NCBI GenBank assembly: GCA_965228875.1
Contig: OZ245843.1
Coordinates: 4,322,616 to 4,386,615, forward strand
From: Thalassobaculaceae bacterium
GTDB lineage: Bacteria > Pseudomonadota > Alphaproteobacteria > Thalassobaculales > Thalassobaculaceae
Length of the DNA stretch: 64,000 nucleotides
Direction of reading: 5' to 3'
Shown here: positions 32,064 to 41,547 of the stretch, piece by piece
How the letters are laid out: each line of letters starts with the position of its first letter
Numbering within the stretch: the stretch's first letter is position 1
The notes under the pieces: model-generated
The model's database searches: none
Told to the model about the DNA's origin: nothing
Seen by the model: only the letters and a program-made list of their open reading frames with translations
Made by a program: the position numbers and the translations under genes

Positions 32064-33705
32064 TGCCCGGCTCCAGGGCCACGGTGCGGTGCGCCGGGAA
32101 GGTGATGGTGATCGTCGTCCCCTCGTCGATCTCGCTGTCCAGGTGAATGGTGCCGCCGTGCGCCTCCACCAGATTGCGGGTGATGTACAGGCCGAGGCCG
32201 GTGCCGTCGTGCTTGCGCGCATGCGCGTTCTCGAGCTGCTCGAACGGCCGGAACACGATCTCGTGGCGGTCCGGCGGAATGCCGATGCCGGTGTCGGCGA
32301 CGACGAGGAAGATCCGCCCGTCGCCGTCGGTTCCGGTGCGGACACGGACCTCGCCACCGGACGGCGTGAACTTGATGGCGTTCGACACCAGATTGACGAT
32401 GACCTGCTTGAGGGCGCGGCGGTCCGCATGGATCCCGCGGTCAGGGTCGGCGCCATCGACGTCCCCGTCGACGCCCCTATCGACGGTCAGGTCGACGGTC
32501 TTGTCGTCGGCCCGTACCCGAAGCATGCGCGCGCATTCGCCGATCAGATCGTGGAGGCTGAAGGTCATCTCTTCCAGTTCGAGCCGACCGGCCTCGATGC
32601 GCGACACGTCGAGCAGGTCGTTGATCAGCGCCAGCAGATGCGTGCCGGACTCGTTGATGTGTTCGGCATAGCGCATGTAGGTGTCCATGGCGTCGCCGAG
32701 GATGCGGTTCTGGATGACATCCGAGAAGCCGATGATGGCGTTCAGCGGCGTGCGCAGCTCGTGGCTCATCACCGCCAGGAACTCCATCTTGGCCCGGTTG
32801 GCGATCTCCGCTTCGGCGACGGCGCGACGCAGGGCCTCCTCGCGCTGCTTTGCCTCGGTGATGTCCAGGGCGGCATGCAGCACCCAGCCGTCGGGCGTGC
32901 GCAGTTCGCTAATCCTCAGCCAGAGGTCGCCACGCTGAAGCTCGAAGGTGCTGGGCGCGCGCCGTCTCGTCTCCAGGCGCTCGGCCACCCATTCCTCCTC
33001 CCGACCCACGGCATCCGGGACAACGCCGCTGTTCACCGAGGCGCGCACGAAGTCCTCGAACCGGACTCCCTCGCGCAGCAGGGATTCGCCGCCCGGCGAG
33101 AGCGTCTGAAAGGCGGTGTTGAACAGGCGCAGCCGATCCTCGCGATCCCAGAAGGAAATGCCTTCCGAGCGCGCCTCGATGGCGCTGAGGAAGCGCCTCT
33201 GGGTCTCCGAAGCCTCGCGTTCGGCCTCGACGAGGAAGGTGACGTCCCGGCCGACCCCGCGATAGCCGAGGAAGGTGCCGTCCTCGCCGTGCACCGGGTC
33301 GCCGTCGATCTCGACATAGCGGATTTCGCCCGTCGGGATCCGATGCCGCAGGCGCAGGTTACGGATCGGCGCGTGCCGGGCCTGAAGCTGCTCGTGCGCC
33401 GCGAAGGCCAGATTGTCCAGGGCGTCGGGGGCGATCTCGCGCCGGGTCCTTCCGAGGTAGTCCTCCGGCCGGCCGCCGAGGACCGACGTGGCGGAGTCGG
33501 AGACATGGGTGAACCGGAAGCGGGCGTCCTGCTCCCAGGTCCAGTCGGCGGACACGGCGATGAAGGACCGCATCCGCTCGATCTGGTCGTCGGTGTCGCG
33601 CCGCGCGGCGTCCAGCCGCGTCAGTCTGCGCCACAGGGAGACGGCAATGCCGGTCGACCCGGCCGCGATCGCGACGGCGATCCAGAATTCCGCTCCGGTC
33701 TCCAC
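32026..33705 (-). CDS. PAS-domain sensor histidine kinase (PleC/DivJ-like)
   Basis: N-terminal TM, two PAS domains, SHELRTPLNAIIGFS, GTGLGL; GTG start with GGGAG RBS. Confidence 0.88.
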   Translation of the reverse strand: METGAEFWIAVAIAAGSTGIAVSLWRRLTRLDAARRDTDDQIERMRSFIAVSADWTWEQDARFRFTHVSDSATSVLGGRPEDYLGRTRREIAPDALDNLAFAAHEQLQARHAPIRNLRLRHRIPTGEIRYVEIDGDPVHGEDGTFLGYRGVGRDVTFLVEAEREASETQRRFLSAIEARSEGISFWDREDRLRLFNTAFQTLSPGGESLLREGVRFEDFVRASVNSGVVPDAVGREEEWVAERLETRRRAPSTFELQRGDLWLRISELRTPDGWVLHAALDITEAKQREEALRRAVAEAEIANRAKMEFLAVMSHELRTPLNAIIGFSDVIQNRILGDAMDTYMRYAEHINESGTHLLALINDLLDVSRIEAGRLELEEMTFSLHDLIGECARMLRVRADDKTVDLTVDRGVDGDVDGADPDRGIHADRRALKQVIVNLVSNAIKFTPSGGEVRVRTGTDGDGRIFLVVADTGIGIPPDRHEIVFRPFEQLENAHARKHDGTGLGLYITRNLVEAHGGTIHLDSEIDEGTTITITFPAHRTVALEPGRFNSNRSEPIVL

Positions 33706-34022
33706 CCACCGACTCCCCAATGCGCGCGTAGCGCCACGCGGACACGGTCGATGGTACCCCTCAACCCCGCCCGCGGCCAATTATGTCTTTTGAGTCAAAT
33801 GGATTCGGTCGTCGCGAGGACCGGTTCACGGTTGCGCGGAAGGGGGCCGTCGGCACCCGAAGGTCGCTCCGGCCGGTTCGGGATACCGCTTACCTGGAGG
33901 TTCGGCCCGCACCGGCGTGCAGCGCGACGAGCGGCCCCCGCCGCGCTGCTGCGCGGGCCGTCCGGGCGGGGCCCGTCCTCCCGTTCACGACGGGAGGGCG
34001 CCGCGTCACCCATACGTGTCGC

Positions 34023-37000
34023 TCAGAAGAACTGGAACATGTCCTCGCTGAGCTGCCCGGCGTTGACCCCGATGAGCCGGACGTAGTTGTTGCTTCCCAT
34101 CGCGATCTCGACGTCACCGTCGCCGTTGTCCGTCGCCGCCGCCTGGATGTCCGAGAAGCTCACGATTCCCGACTTGTTGACGTTGGTCGAGATGTGGATG
34201 GTGTCGCCGGATGCCGCGTCGAAATCGGTTACGACGTCGAACCCGTTGGCGTCCTCGATGTAGATCGCATCGCTTCCGGCTCCCAGATAGATCCAGTCGA
34301 CACCTTCGCCGCCATAGATCACGTCGTCGCCTTCGCCGCCGTTCAGGACGTCGATCAGGCTGCCGCTGCCGGCCGCTCCGCCGTAGAGGGTGTCGTCGCC
34401 CGATCCGCCATCCAGGTTGTCGTCGCCGACCCCGCCGTAGAGCACGTCGAAGTCGTCCGATCCGTAGATCGTATCGTCTCCCTGACCGCCGGAGAGAACG
34501 TCGTTCGCCTTGTTGCCGACCAGCACGTCATTGCCGTCGCCGCCGAACACGAAGTCGTCCCCCTGGCCGCCGTAGACCGTGTCGTCCGCAAGCTGGCCGG
34601 ACAGGGTATCGGATCCGAAGTTTCCGTAGATGATGTCGGCATCCTGTCCGCCGAAGGCCCGGTCGGCATCCTGGCCGCCGAACAGGGTGTCGGTGCCCTG
34701 GTTGCCGTAGAGTACATCGTTGTTCTGGTTCCCGTAGACGACGTCGGATCCGCTGCCGCCCATGGTCGTGTCGTCGCCGGTGCCGCCGAACACCCTGTCG
34801 TCGCCCTCCTCTCCGGCGAGACTGTCGGCACCGGACCCGGAACCGACCGTGTCGTTGCCGGCGCCGCCGAACAGGGTGTCGTCACCCTCGCCCAGGCTGA
34901 TGAACTGCGCGTTGTCGTCGGCGGTGGCGTAGTTCGCGCCCGAGCCTCCGAAGATCGTCGCCTGACCGATGACCGAGGCGAACTCGATGTTGTCGAGCTG
35001 CAGGCTGACACTGCCGGAGGAGGAGTTGATGGTTCGCAGGTCGAAAACGAACGCTTCCGACTGGGTCGACCCGTCCGCCGCCGAAGTCCCGGTGATGACG
35101 ATGGGATCCGAGACCGACGACGAGGTCGAGGTCGGGATGATCGTCCGCACGTCAAGCGTCGTGGTCGACGCCAGTCTGTTGAGGAACGTCTGCGCACCGC
35201 TGATGAGGGTGCTTTCGGACGTGGAGTCGCGGGCGTCGACGGCGTTGACCAGCGTGGTCACGGCGTCGTCGCCTGTCTGCGCCGTGGTCGGCCCCTCCGA
35301 CACGATCGAGGTCGAGACCGGAAGGGTCGCCGTCACGACGTTGCTGTTGTTCCCGGTGTTCTCGACGATGGCCGCAAGCCCGGAGCCGGTGCCGGTGTTG
35401 CTGATGGTCTGCGTTGCCGTGGTGACCTGCGTTCCCGAGGCCAGCGTCGACTCTGTCGTCGTGGTGGTCGGCGTCAGCGGTGTTGCTGGTGTCGTCGGTG
35501 TCGTGGTCGTCGTGGTGCCGCCGCTGCTGCCGCCGCCGCTGTCGCCACCGCCACCGCCACCGCCGCCGCCGCCGTTGTCGACGACGGGCGCGGAGATCAC
35601 GACGCCCAGCGCCGGGGAGGTGGCCGAGGCATTGCCGGCGGTGTCCAGTTCCCGGATGCCGATCGCGTAGGATCCCGCGGCCAGTGTGGTGGCGGTGACC
35701 GAGAACGTGCCGCCCGCGTCGCTTGTGAACATGCCGACGGTCACGCCGTTGGCCACCAGGGCATGCAGGGCGGAGCCGGTTGCATTCGTTCCGACGAAGC
35801 TCGGCGTCGTGTCCGTCGTGTCGTTGTCGGTCGACGACGCACCCGTGTCGCTCGATGCGATCAGGTCTGGCGTCGCCAGCGTGCCGGGTGCTGCGGGTGC
35901 CGTGGTGTCGACGACGATGTTCAGTGCCGCGCTCGCCGGCCCGTCGTTGCCGGCGGTGTCTTCCGCCCGTACGGTGATCGCACTGGTGCCGGCCGCGAGT
36001 GTGGAGGTCAGCGTGAACGTCCACGCACCGGTGCCCGACGTGGTCACCGACCCTGCCGTCGTGCCGCCGACGAGGACGTGCACCAGCGAGTTGGCCAGCG
36101 CCCCGGTTCCGGTGAAGGTCGGCAGGGCCGTGCTGGTGATGTTGTCGGTGTTGCTCGTGCCCGTGTCGGACCCAGCGATCAGGTCCGGCGTGCCGACCGT
36201 GCCCGGCGGGGTCGTGTCGATCACGATGCCGAGCGCGCTGGAGGCTGTGCTCGCATTGCCGGCGGTGTCGGTGGCCTGCACCGTGATCGCGTAGCTGCCG
36301 GCGGTCAGCGTATGGGTGTAGGACCAGGACCCGCCGGCCGCGGTGACGACATTCGCCGTGGTGCCGCCGACCATGATCGAGACCAGATCGCCGGTCGTCG
36401 CCGATCCGCTCAGCTGCTGCGTGGTGGAACTGGTGATGTTGTCGGAGGACGAGGAGCCCAGATCGCTGGCGGCCAGCAGGTCCGCTGGGCCGAGCGTGAG
36501 CGGCGCGGTCGTGTCGACGACGATGTTGAGGGCGGTCGAGGCGGGGCCGGCCCCCGTCCCATTGGTCGCCAGCGCGGTGATGGCGTAGCTGCCCTCGGTC
36601 AGCGTATGGGTGTAGGACCAGGAACCGCCCGTCGCGGTCACCGTGTTCACCGTGGTGCCGCCGACGAGGATCGATATCGTCTCGCCCGTCGTGGCGCTGC
36701 CGCTGAGCTGCTGCGTTGTCGAGTTGGTGATGTTGTCGGTGTTTGATGTGCCGGCGTCGCTCGCGGCCAGGAGGTCGGGGGTGGCGAGGGTGCCCGGCGC
36801 GACGGCCGCTGGGGTGAAGGCGATGTTGTCAATGCCGACGCGGTAGGTGTCCGCGCCGGCGTAGCTCACCGTGAAGGAGCTGATGTTGTTCCAGTCCACG
36901 GGGTTCAGCGTGGCAACCGCCCCACCGAAGTCGCCACTGTCGTCGGCGATGGTGACGGCCGATCCGCTGTTGGGTGTGAAGGTGTAGTTCGCGCTGGCGG

Positions 37001-37775
37001 AATTGTTCTTGAACTCGCCGATATCGAATTGGGTGATGGTGACCGTTGACGAGAACGTCAGGGTGTAGGTGACCGTGTTGCCGATGACGCCGGGGTCCAG
37101 AAAGCCGGAGCTGACCCCGGCCATCTGGACGCCGTCGGACCGCGTCACGCTGATGGTCGTGCCGCTTTCGTTGGAGGTCAGCGTCGTCGTGGTGTTGATG
37201 GTCGTGGCCGTTCCGAAGGTGGCCGTGGCCAGAACGCCGGGATAGGCGGCTCTGGCGGGCTCGCTGAAGGCCATGCGGGGAGAACCGGGAAACGCCCAGG
37301 ATCCGTTCAGGTCGGCCGACCCCACCGGACCGTCGGCCGCTTCGACCCGGCGGCCGAGCATGCGCGAGAACCGGTCGACGAAATTCTGGCCCGTCTGTCC
37401 CGCCGCGATGGAGCATCCGTAGAGAACCACGTCGGCATCGTCGTCCAGGCACTCGGCGATCCGCGCCACGAGGTCCGGGCGGGCGCTCAGCGCGTCGGCG
37501 TCGATGGTTCCGGCGGCGGTCGAGATGCAGCCGGGCGTGCCATGGGAGAGGATGTGCAGGCTCTTGATCCGTCCGTGCCCGCGAATGGCGAGAGAGACAG
37601 CGGCGAGGCCGCCGATGTCGCTGGAAACCAGGTGGACCGTCTCGAACCCAGGTTCGATCCCGGCCAGCAGGGTCTCGGACCCGGCGACTCCACTGTCGAC
37701 CAGGAGAAGGTGCGTATCGGTCTTCGTCACGATGATCGGCTCCACGGTGAGGCTCGCATGCACAACGGCAGCCAT
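34023..37775 (-). CDS. Large surface/secreted protein: DUF4347 + Ig-like repeats + RTX Ca-binding repeats (type I secretion substrate)
   Basis: LHILSHG...LYGC...W DUF4347 pattern; four DLxAxSDxG...DTTxP Ig-like repeats; many GGxGxD nonapeptides. Confidence 0.88.
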   Translation of the reverse strand: MAAVVHASLTVEPIIVTKTDTHLLLVDSGVAGSETLLAGIEPGFETVHLVSSDIGGLAAVSLAIRGHGRIKSLHILSHGTPGCISTAAGTIDADALSARPDLVARIAECLDDDADVVLYGCSIAAGQTGQNFVDRFSRMLGRRVEAADGPVGSADLNGSWAFPGSPRMAFSEPARAAYPGVLATATFGTATTINTTTTLTSNESGTTISVTRSDGVQMAGVSSGFLDPGVIGNTVTYTLTFSSTVTITQFDIGEFKNNSASANYTFTPNSGSAVTIADDSGDFGGAVATLNPVDWNNISSFTVSYAGADTYRVGIDNIAFTPAAVAPGTLATPDLLAASDAGTSNTDNITNSTTQQLSGSATTGETISILVGGTTVNTVTATGGSWSYTHTLTEGSYAITALATNGTGAGPASTALNIVVDTTAPLTLGPADLLAASDLGSSSSDNITSSTTQQLSGSATTGDLVSIMVGGTTANVVTAAGGSWSYTHTLTAGSYAITVQATDTAGNASTASSALGIVIDTTPPGTVGTPDLIAGSDTGTSNTDNITSTALPTFTGTGALANSLVHVLVGGTTAGSVTTSGTGAWTFTLTSTLAAGTSAITVRAEDTAGNDGPASAALNIVVDTTAPAAPGTLATPDLIASSDTGASSTDNDTTDTTPSFVGTNATGSALHALVANGVTVGMFTSDAGGTFSVTATTLAAGSYAIGIRELDTAGNASATSPALGVVISAPVVDNGGGGGGGGGGDSGGGSSGGTTTTTTPTTPATPLTPTTTTTESTLASGTQVTTATQTISNTGTGSGLAAIVENTGNNSNVVTATLPVSTSIVSEGPTTAQTGDDAVTTLVNAVDARDSTSESTLISGAQTFLNRLASTTTLDVRTIIPTSTSSSVSDPIVITGTSAADGSTQSEAFVFDLRTINSSSGSVSLQLDNIEFASVIGQATIFGGSGANYATADDNAQFISLGEGDDTLFGGAGNDTVGSGSGADSLAGEEGDDRVFGGTGDDTTMGGSGSDVVYGNQNNDVLYGNQGTDTLFGGQDADRAFGGQDADIIYGNFGSDTLSGQLADDTVYGGQGDDFVFGGDGNDVLVGNKANDVLSGGQGDDTIYGSDDFDVLYGGVGDDNLDGGSGDDTLYGGAAGSGSLIDVLNGGEGDDVIYGGEGVDWIYLGAGSDAIYIEDANGFDVVTDFDAASGDTIHISTNVNKSGIVSFSDIQAAATDNGDGDVEIAMGSNNYVRLIGVNAGQLSEDMFQFF

Positions 37776-37956
37776 TCGGGAACGGTGCCGCGAGTACCGG
37801 GGTATAGATCGGCGGACGCTAATTTTTCATTAAAATTGTCAGGGAATTCGGAGGCGATCTTTAAATGCAACCGAGGAAGCAGTGGTGTTTTTCTTTATCG
37901 CGTCAGGGATGTGCGGTCGGAAATCACTAAAAACGTGTAAGCACTACTTGTTATGA

Positions 37957-37972
37957 TTAATTGCATGTTAAC
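37957..37972. promoter_or_regulatory. CtrA-type binding box
   Basis: TTAA-TTGCATG-TTAAC in the AT-rich region upstream of the RTX gene. Confidence 0.6.
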
Positions 37973-38402
37973 CATGTCGGCATCCTGTATCGCTAAATTG
38001 CATAATGCCCACATTAACTCCCTGTTTCATTGTTTGTTTGGGGAAATGAGCAATAAAAGGTGGAAATTTGGATCCGGCCCGCCGGTTTTAATAATGTCCG
38101 CTTAGAGTGGCTATGTATCCGTTAAGTCCATTATAGGATGAGGTGTTGTGTTTTGCCATTTTAAAGTTTCGGGTTGAGTGTTCCGGTCGGCGCTTGATCT
38201 ATGCGTTGGCTGCTGCGTGGCGCCGATCGGATCGCGTACAGGCGCATGGTGGGGCATACAGGCGCACGGAGGGGCGGCCCGGTGAAAGGGTGCGAACGTC
38301 CATGTTGGCGGTGGCCATCGGGAGTGAGCGACTCCCCGGACGTTGGACGGTGACGGAAGCTACGGTGTGAGGTCTGCCGATCTTCGAGAGAGGAGGTCGG
38401 AG

Positions 38403-38573
38403 ATGTCGAAGCGCAAGGAGTACATACCGATACAGCGCGGCATCGCTGCATTGATCGTCGTCTCCAACCGACGGCGTCCTCACACAGCCCGTGCAGGGCG
38501 AACACCCGACGCCGTCTGCCGGCAACACCGACCCCTGGAGCAACCCGATCTGCGGACCACGGCTGTCGCCTAA
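38403..38573 (+). CDS. Possible small protein (56 aa)
   Basis: AGGAGG RBS 6 nt before the ATG; no recognisable motif. Confidence 0.3.
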   Translation: MSKRKEYIPIQRGIAALIVVSNRRRPHTARAGRTPDAVCRQHRPLEQPDLRTTAVA

Positions 38574-39188
38574 GTCGGCCCATAGCCGTCCGACGTCCCG
38601 GGCGTAGCTCAGTTCAGCGAAAGCAGGCGAGAACTCCGTGCCAGAAAGTACGCCACACTGTTCGACGCGCGGGTTGGGCCGACCTTTCCCGAGCCTCCAG
38701 GTGTACGTCCACCCAGTACGGCGGAGGAGCGTCCGGCGGGAGTGTGACGGACACTTCGCCCTGGTCGAGCATAACGAGCTTCAGGGTTCTTCGCGCTTCA
38801 GCCATTCATGACCAACGGTTTCGGACCGTACAAATCGGGAAACTCAGGCTCATTCCCCCATTGTAAGGCTCGCCACGGCCAATTGATCAATAGTCGACGT
38901 TGGAGTGCGATCGCTTCAGATCGGTTCTATCTGAAGCGTGGTTCGCTCTAGGTCGATGGCACAGGGCAGCCACGTGTGAACATGCTGCGCCCCAATCCCA
39001 AGCCGGAAACCGCTCAAACGCTCGAGAGTCGATCGATGCTGCGCGGCCGAATGGGTCGGCGGACCAGGCCCTGCTGCGCGGCTCAGCCAAGGCCGAAATC
39101 ACTCTCATGGCCTGCTGTTGGCCTGCCAGCGCACGCAACCATCACGTCGTGCGGTCGACGAGCCACTTATGCAATTGAATGTCCTGAT

Positions 39189-39244
39189 GATTTTGGTGGA
39201 GCCGAGGAGGATCGAACTCCCGACCTTCGCATTGCGAACGCGAC
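39189..39244 (-). repeat. att core, distal copy (3' part of tRNA-Ala plus 5 nt)
   Basis: Identical to 46183-46238 (direct) and 40887-40942 (inverted); the inverted match extends to 106 bp (39189-39294 vs 40837-40942). Confidence 0.95.
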
Positions 39245-39336
39245 AGGGAAGCCAAAACTATCCCGAGATATCAGAGGCTTGCTTTAAACTGGGCTCAGCG
39301 CTGGCACAGTATGGTCACAGTGTCAGGCATGCAATC

Positions 39337-40323
39337 ATGGCAACCATCCGTAAGCGTAGCGCTCGTTATCAGGCGATCATCCGACGCAAGAACCTCTCCC
39401 CAGTCTCCCGAACCTTCGCGACTCGTTCCGACGCTCAACAGTGGGCGCGACGCATCGAACGTGAAATGGACATGGGAACCTACCGTCCAGAACAAGGCGT
39501 GTCAGTCGAAACGACGCTCCAGGACCTTCTTCACCGCTATCTGCACGAGGTGACCCCAACGAAGAAAGGGGCGATACAGGAAGGCTACCGGATACGTCGA
39601 TTGCTCAACGACCCGCTCGCGAACAACCGGGTCGATGAATTGACCGCTCAAGCCATCGCATCATATCGAGACGCACGCCTCTCGGACGGGACGGAGGCCG
39701 CTCGATACGACATGACGATCCTACAGGTGGTCATCAACGTGGCTATGCGGGAATGGGGCCTGGAGCTCGATCAGAACCCGGTCTCGCGTGTCCAGAAACC
39801 GAAACCGGTTAAGGCGAGGGAGCGACGTATTCGGACAGATGAACTCCAGACCCTCTTGCGCCTGTCGGAATATAGATGCGGCGGTTGGCTGCGACCCACG
39901 ATCCTGCTTGCCATAGAGACTGGGATGCGGCGCAGTGAGCTGCTCAGTCTTCGTTGGGCGGACACCGACTTGGACGCTGGCCTATGCAGACTTCACGACA
40001 CGAAGAACGGCCGTCCTAGAGCGGTGCCGCTGTCGAGCGAAGCAATCGATGTGCTCGCGGGCTTACCCCGTGGGGGTGAACGCGTCTTGCCGCTGTCCGT
40101 GAACGCGCTGGCCCTCGGGTGGAAGCGGCTGATCGGGACTAGCGGCATCAAGGATCTCCGGTTCCATGACCTCCGACACGAGGCCATTAGCCGGTTGTTC
40201 GAACGTGGCCTTAACGTGCCTGAGGTGGCGTTGATCAGCGGGCACAGAACTCCGAGTCAACTGTTCCGTTATACCAACTTAAAAGCGGAAGCCGTCGCGG
40301 CAAAATTGAGGGCCGACGGTTGA
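39337..40323 (+). CDS. Tyrosine recombinase / integrase (Rci/HP1-like)
   Basis: Full catalytic set: TGMRRSE (R), DTKNG (K), HDLRH (H-x-x-R), SGH (H), RYT (Y); MATIRKR arm-type N-terminus. Confidence 0.93.
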   Translation: MATIRKRSARYQAIIRRKNLSPVSRTFATRSDAQQWARRIEREMDMGTYRPEQGVSVETTLQDLLHRYLHEVTPTKKGAIQEGYRIRRLLNDPLANNRVDELTAQAIASYRDARLSDGTEAARYDMTILQVVINVAMREWGLELDQNPVSRVQKPKPVKARERRIRTDELQTLLRLSEYRCGGWLRPTILLAIETGMRRSELLSLRWADTDLDAGLCRLHDTKNGRPRAVPLSSEAIDVLAGLPRGGERVLPLSVNALALGWKRLIGTSGIKDLRFHDLRHEAISRLFERGLNVPEVALISGHRTPSQLFRYTNLKAEAVAAKLRADG

Positions 40324-40398
40324 TAGAATGATATCCTAGAATGGTAATAGGGGAGGATGTAGAGCCAAACCAGCTAGGCTCTACATCCATCGTTAGGT

Positions 40399-40734
40399 TT
40401 ACATATGGTACTTCTTGCCGTCTTGGAATTCGCGGATCAGGCCTACGACGCTCATCGAGTCACAGCCGTCGATATGATACATCGTGCCGTTGTCATTGTG
40501 GTCTTGTGAGTCTTGGTAGCCGGAAACCAGCTTCTGGTAACCGTGTTCGTAGCGGGCCTGCATTTCCGAAATGGCGCTGTCAGCGATTGAGCGGAAGCCA
40601 TCCTCATCGTTGTGATAGGACCAAGACATGTTGATCTTGAGTTCCTCGAAGTTGCAGGCAGCTGCCTGTCCCATCGTGGCGAACGAAATTGCCAAGATGG
40701 TGACAGACGTCATAAGCTTCTGACTAATAGACAT
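40399..40734 (-). CDS. Hypothetical secreted protein (111 aa)
   Basis: Signal peptide-like N-terminus; GGGGA RBS; two Cys. Confidence 0.6.
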   Translation of the reverse strand: MSISQKLMTSVTILAISFATMGQAAACNFEELKINMSWSYHNDEDGFRSIADSAISEMQARYEHGYQKLVSGYQDSQDHNDNGTMYHIDGCDSMSVVGLIREFQDGKKYHM

Positions 40735-40836
40735 AATTCCCCCAGTTTACGTGGTTGTAGATGCGGCGCCGCAATTCGTAGGTAAGGAGAGATAACAATT
40801 AATCAAGCTTTTTATATAAATTCATATAAAAAAATG

Positions 40837-41444
40837 GCCCAGTTTAAAGCAAGCCTCTGATATCTCGGGATAGTTTTGGCTTCCCTGTCGCGTTCGCAAT
40901 GCGAAGGTCGGGAGTTCGATCCTCCTCGGCTCCACCAAAATCCCTTAAATAACAATGCGCTGACGTAGCCATCGTATCACGGGGCTGTGCTGTGCGCACC
41001 CTGTTTGGTGTGCCTAGTGTGCCCAGAGTGTGCCGAGCGCTCCCAACGGTACCCCAAGCTAGCCCTCCGTTGACCCTGGTTGGCTCTGGGCGACCATCGT
41101 GGACGGGGGTCAGGGGACGAAGTGCGGCAACGTGCATCCAGTGGGCCGGGTGCATCCACCGAGTTCGGGGACATTTCCCTACTAGTATATAGAGCCATAT
41201 GTCCCCGAACTCCCCGGCCCCTCGGGTAGACCTATATCGACTCCGGGTAGGGGGCCCTACACAAATGGCAGCCCTCCGTTAGCGTTGCCCAACCCGCTGG
41301 TACGCTTGGGTAACTCGGGGCCGACAAAAGCCGCACGGTTGTATAGGATAGGGGAGCACACACGGGGGCCGTTGGGCCACCGGGGGGCAGGGGGATAGTA
41401 CGTATCTGAGCCCGACCCCGGCGGGGGTGTGAACCACATGGGGG
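40837..41444 (+). repeat. Internal inverted attP-like junction (50-bp arm + 56-bp core + 502-bp arm)
   Basis: 40837-40942 is the reverse complement of 39189-39294; 40887-41444 is the reverse complement of 45681-46238. Confidence 0.93.
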
Positions 41445-41547
41445 CAGGAGTTCTGTCAGGGAGTTGAATGAAGCCAGAGTCTGGGACATTTTTTCTACCC
41501 AAAAATGTAGAATGCTGCAGGGCTCTCAAAAGGGAAGTGAATGATAT

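Noticed and set aside
35500..35575. (CCG/CCA)n microsatellite-like run
   Set aside because: In-frame poly-Gly/Thr linker of the RTX protein, not an independent repeat.
38599..38614. GGGCGTAGCTCAGTT resembling a tRNA 5' end
   Set aside because: No anticodon arm, T arm or matching acceptor strand follows; too short to call.
39189..39244. Extra tRNA-Ala genes at 39189-39244 and 40887-40942
   Set aside because: Only the 3' part (anticodon arm to CCA) is present, with no 5' acceptor strand or D arm; these are att cores.
40844..41529. Short ORFs duplicated in both long repeats (e.g. MALYTSREM..., MRTLFGVP...)
   Set aside because: They overlap in several frames, lack motifs and are identical only because the DNA is repeated; treated as non-coding arm sequence.
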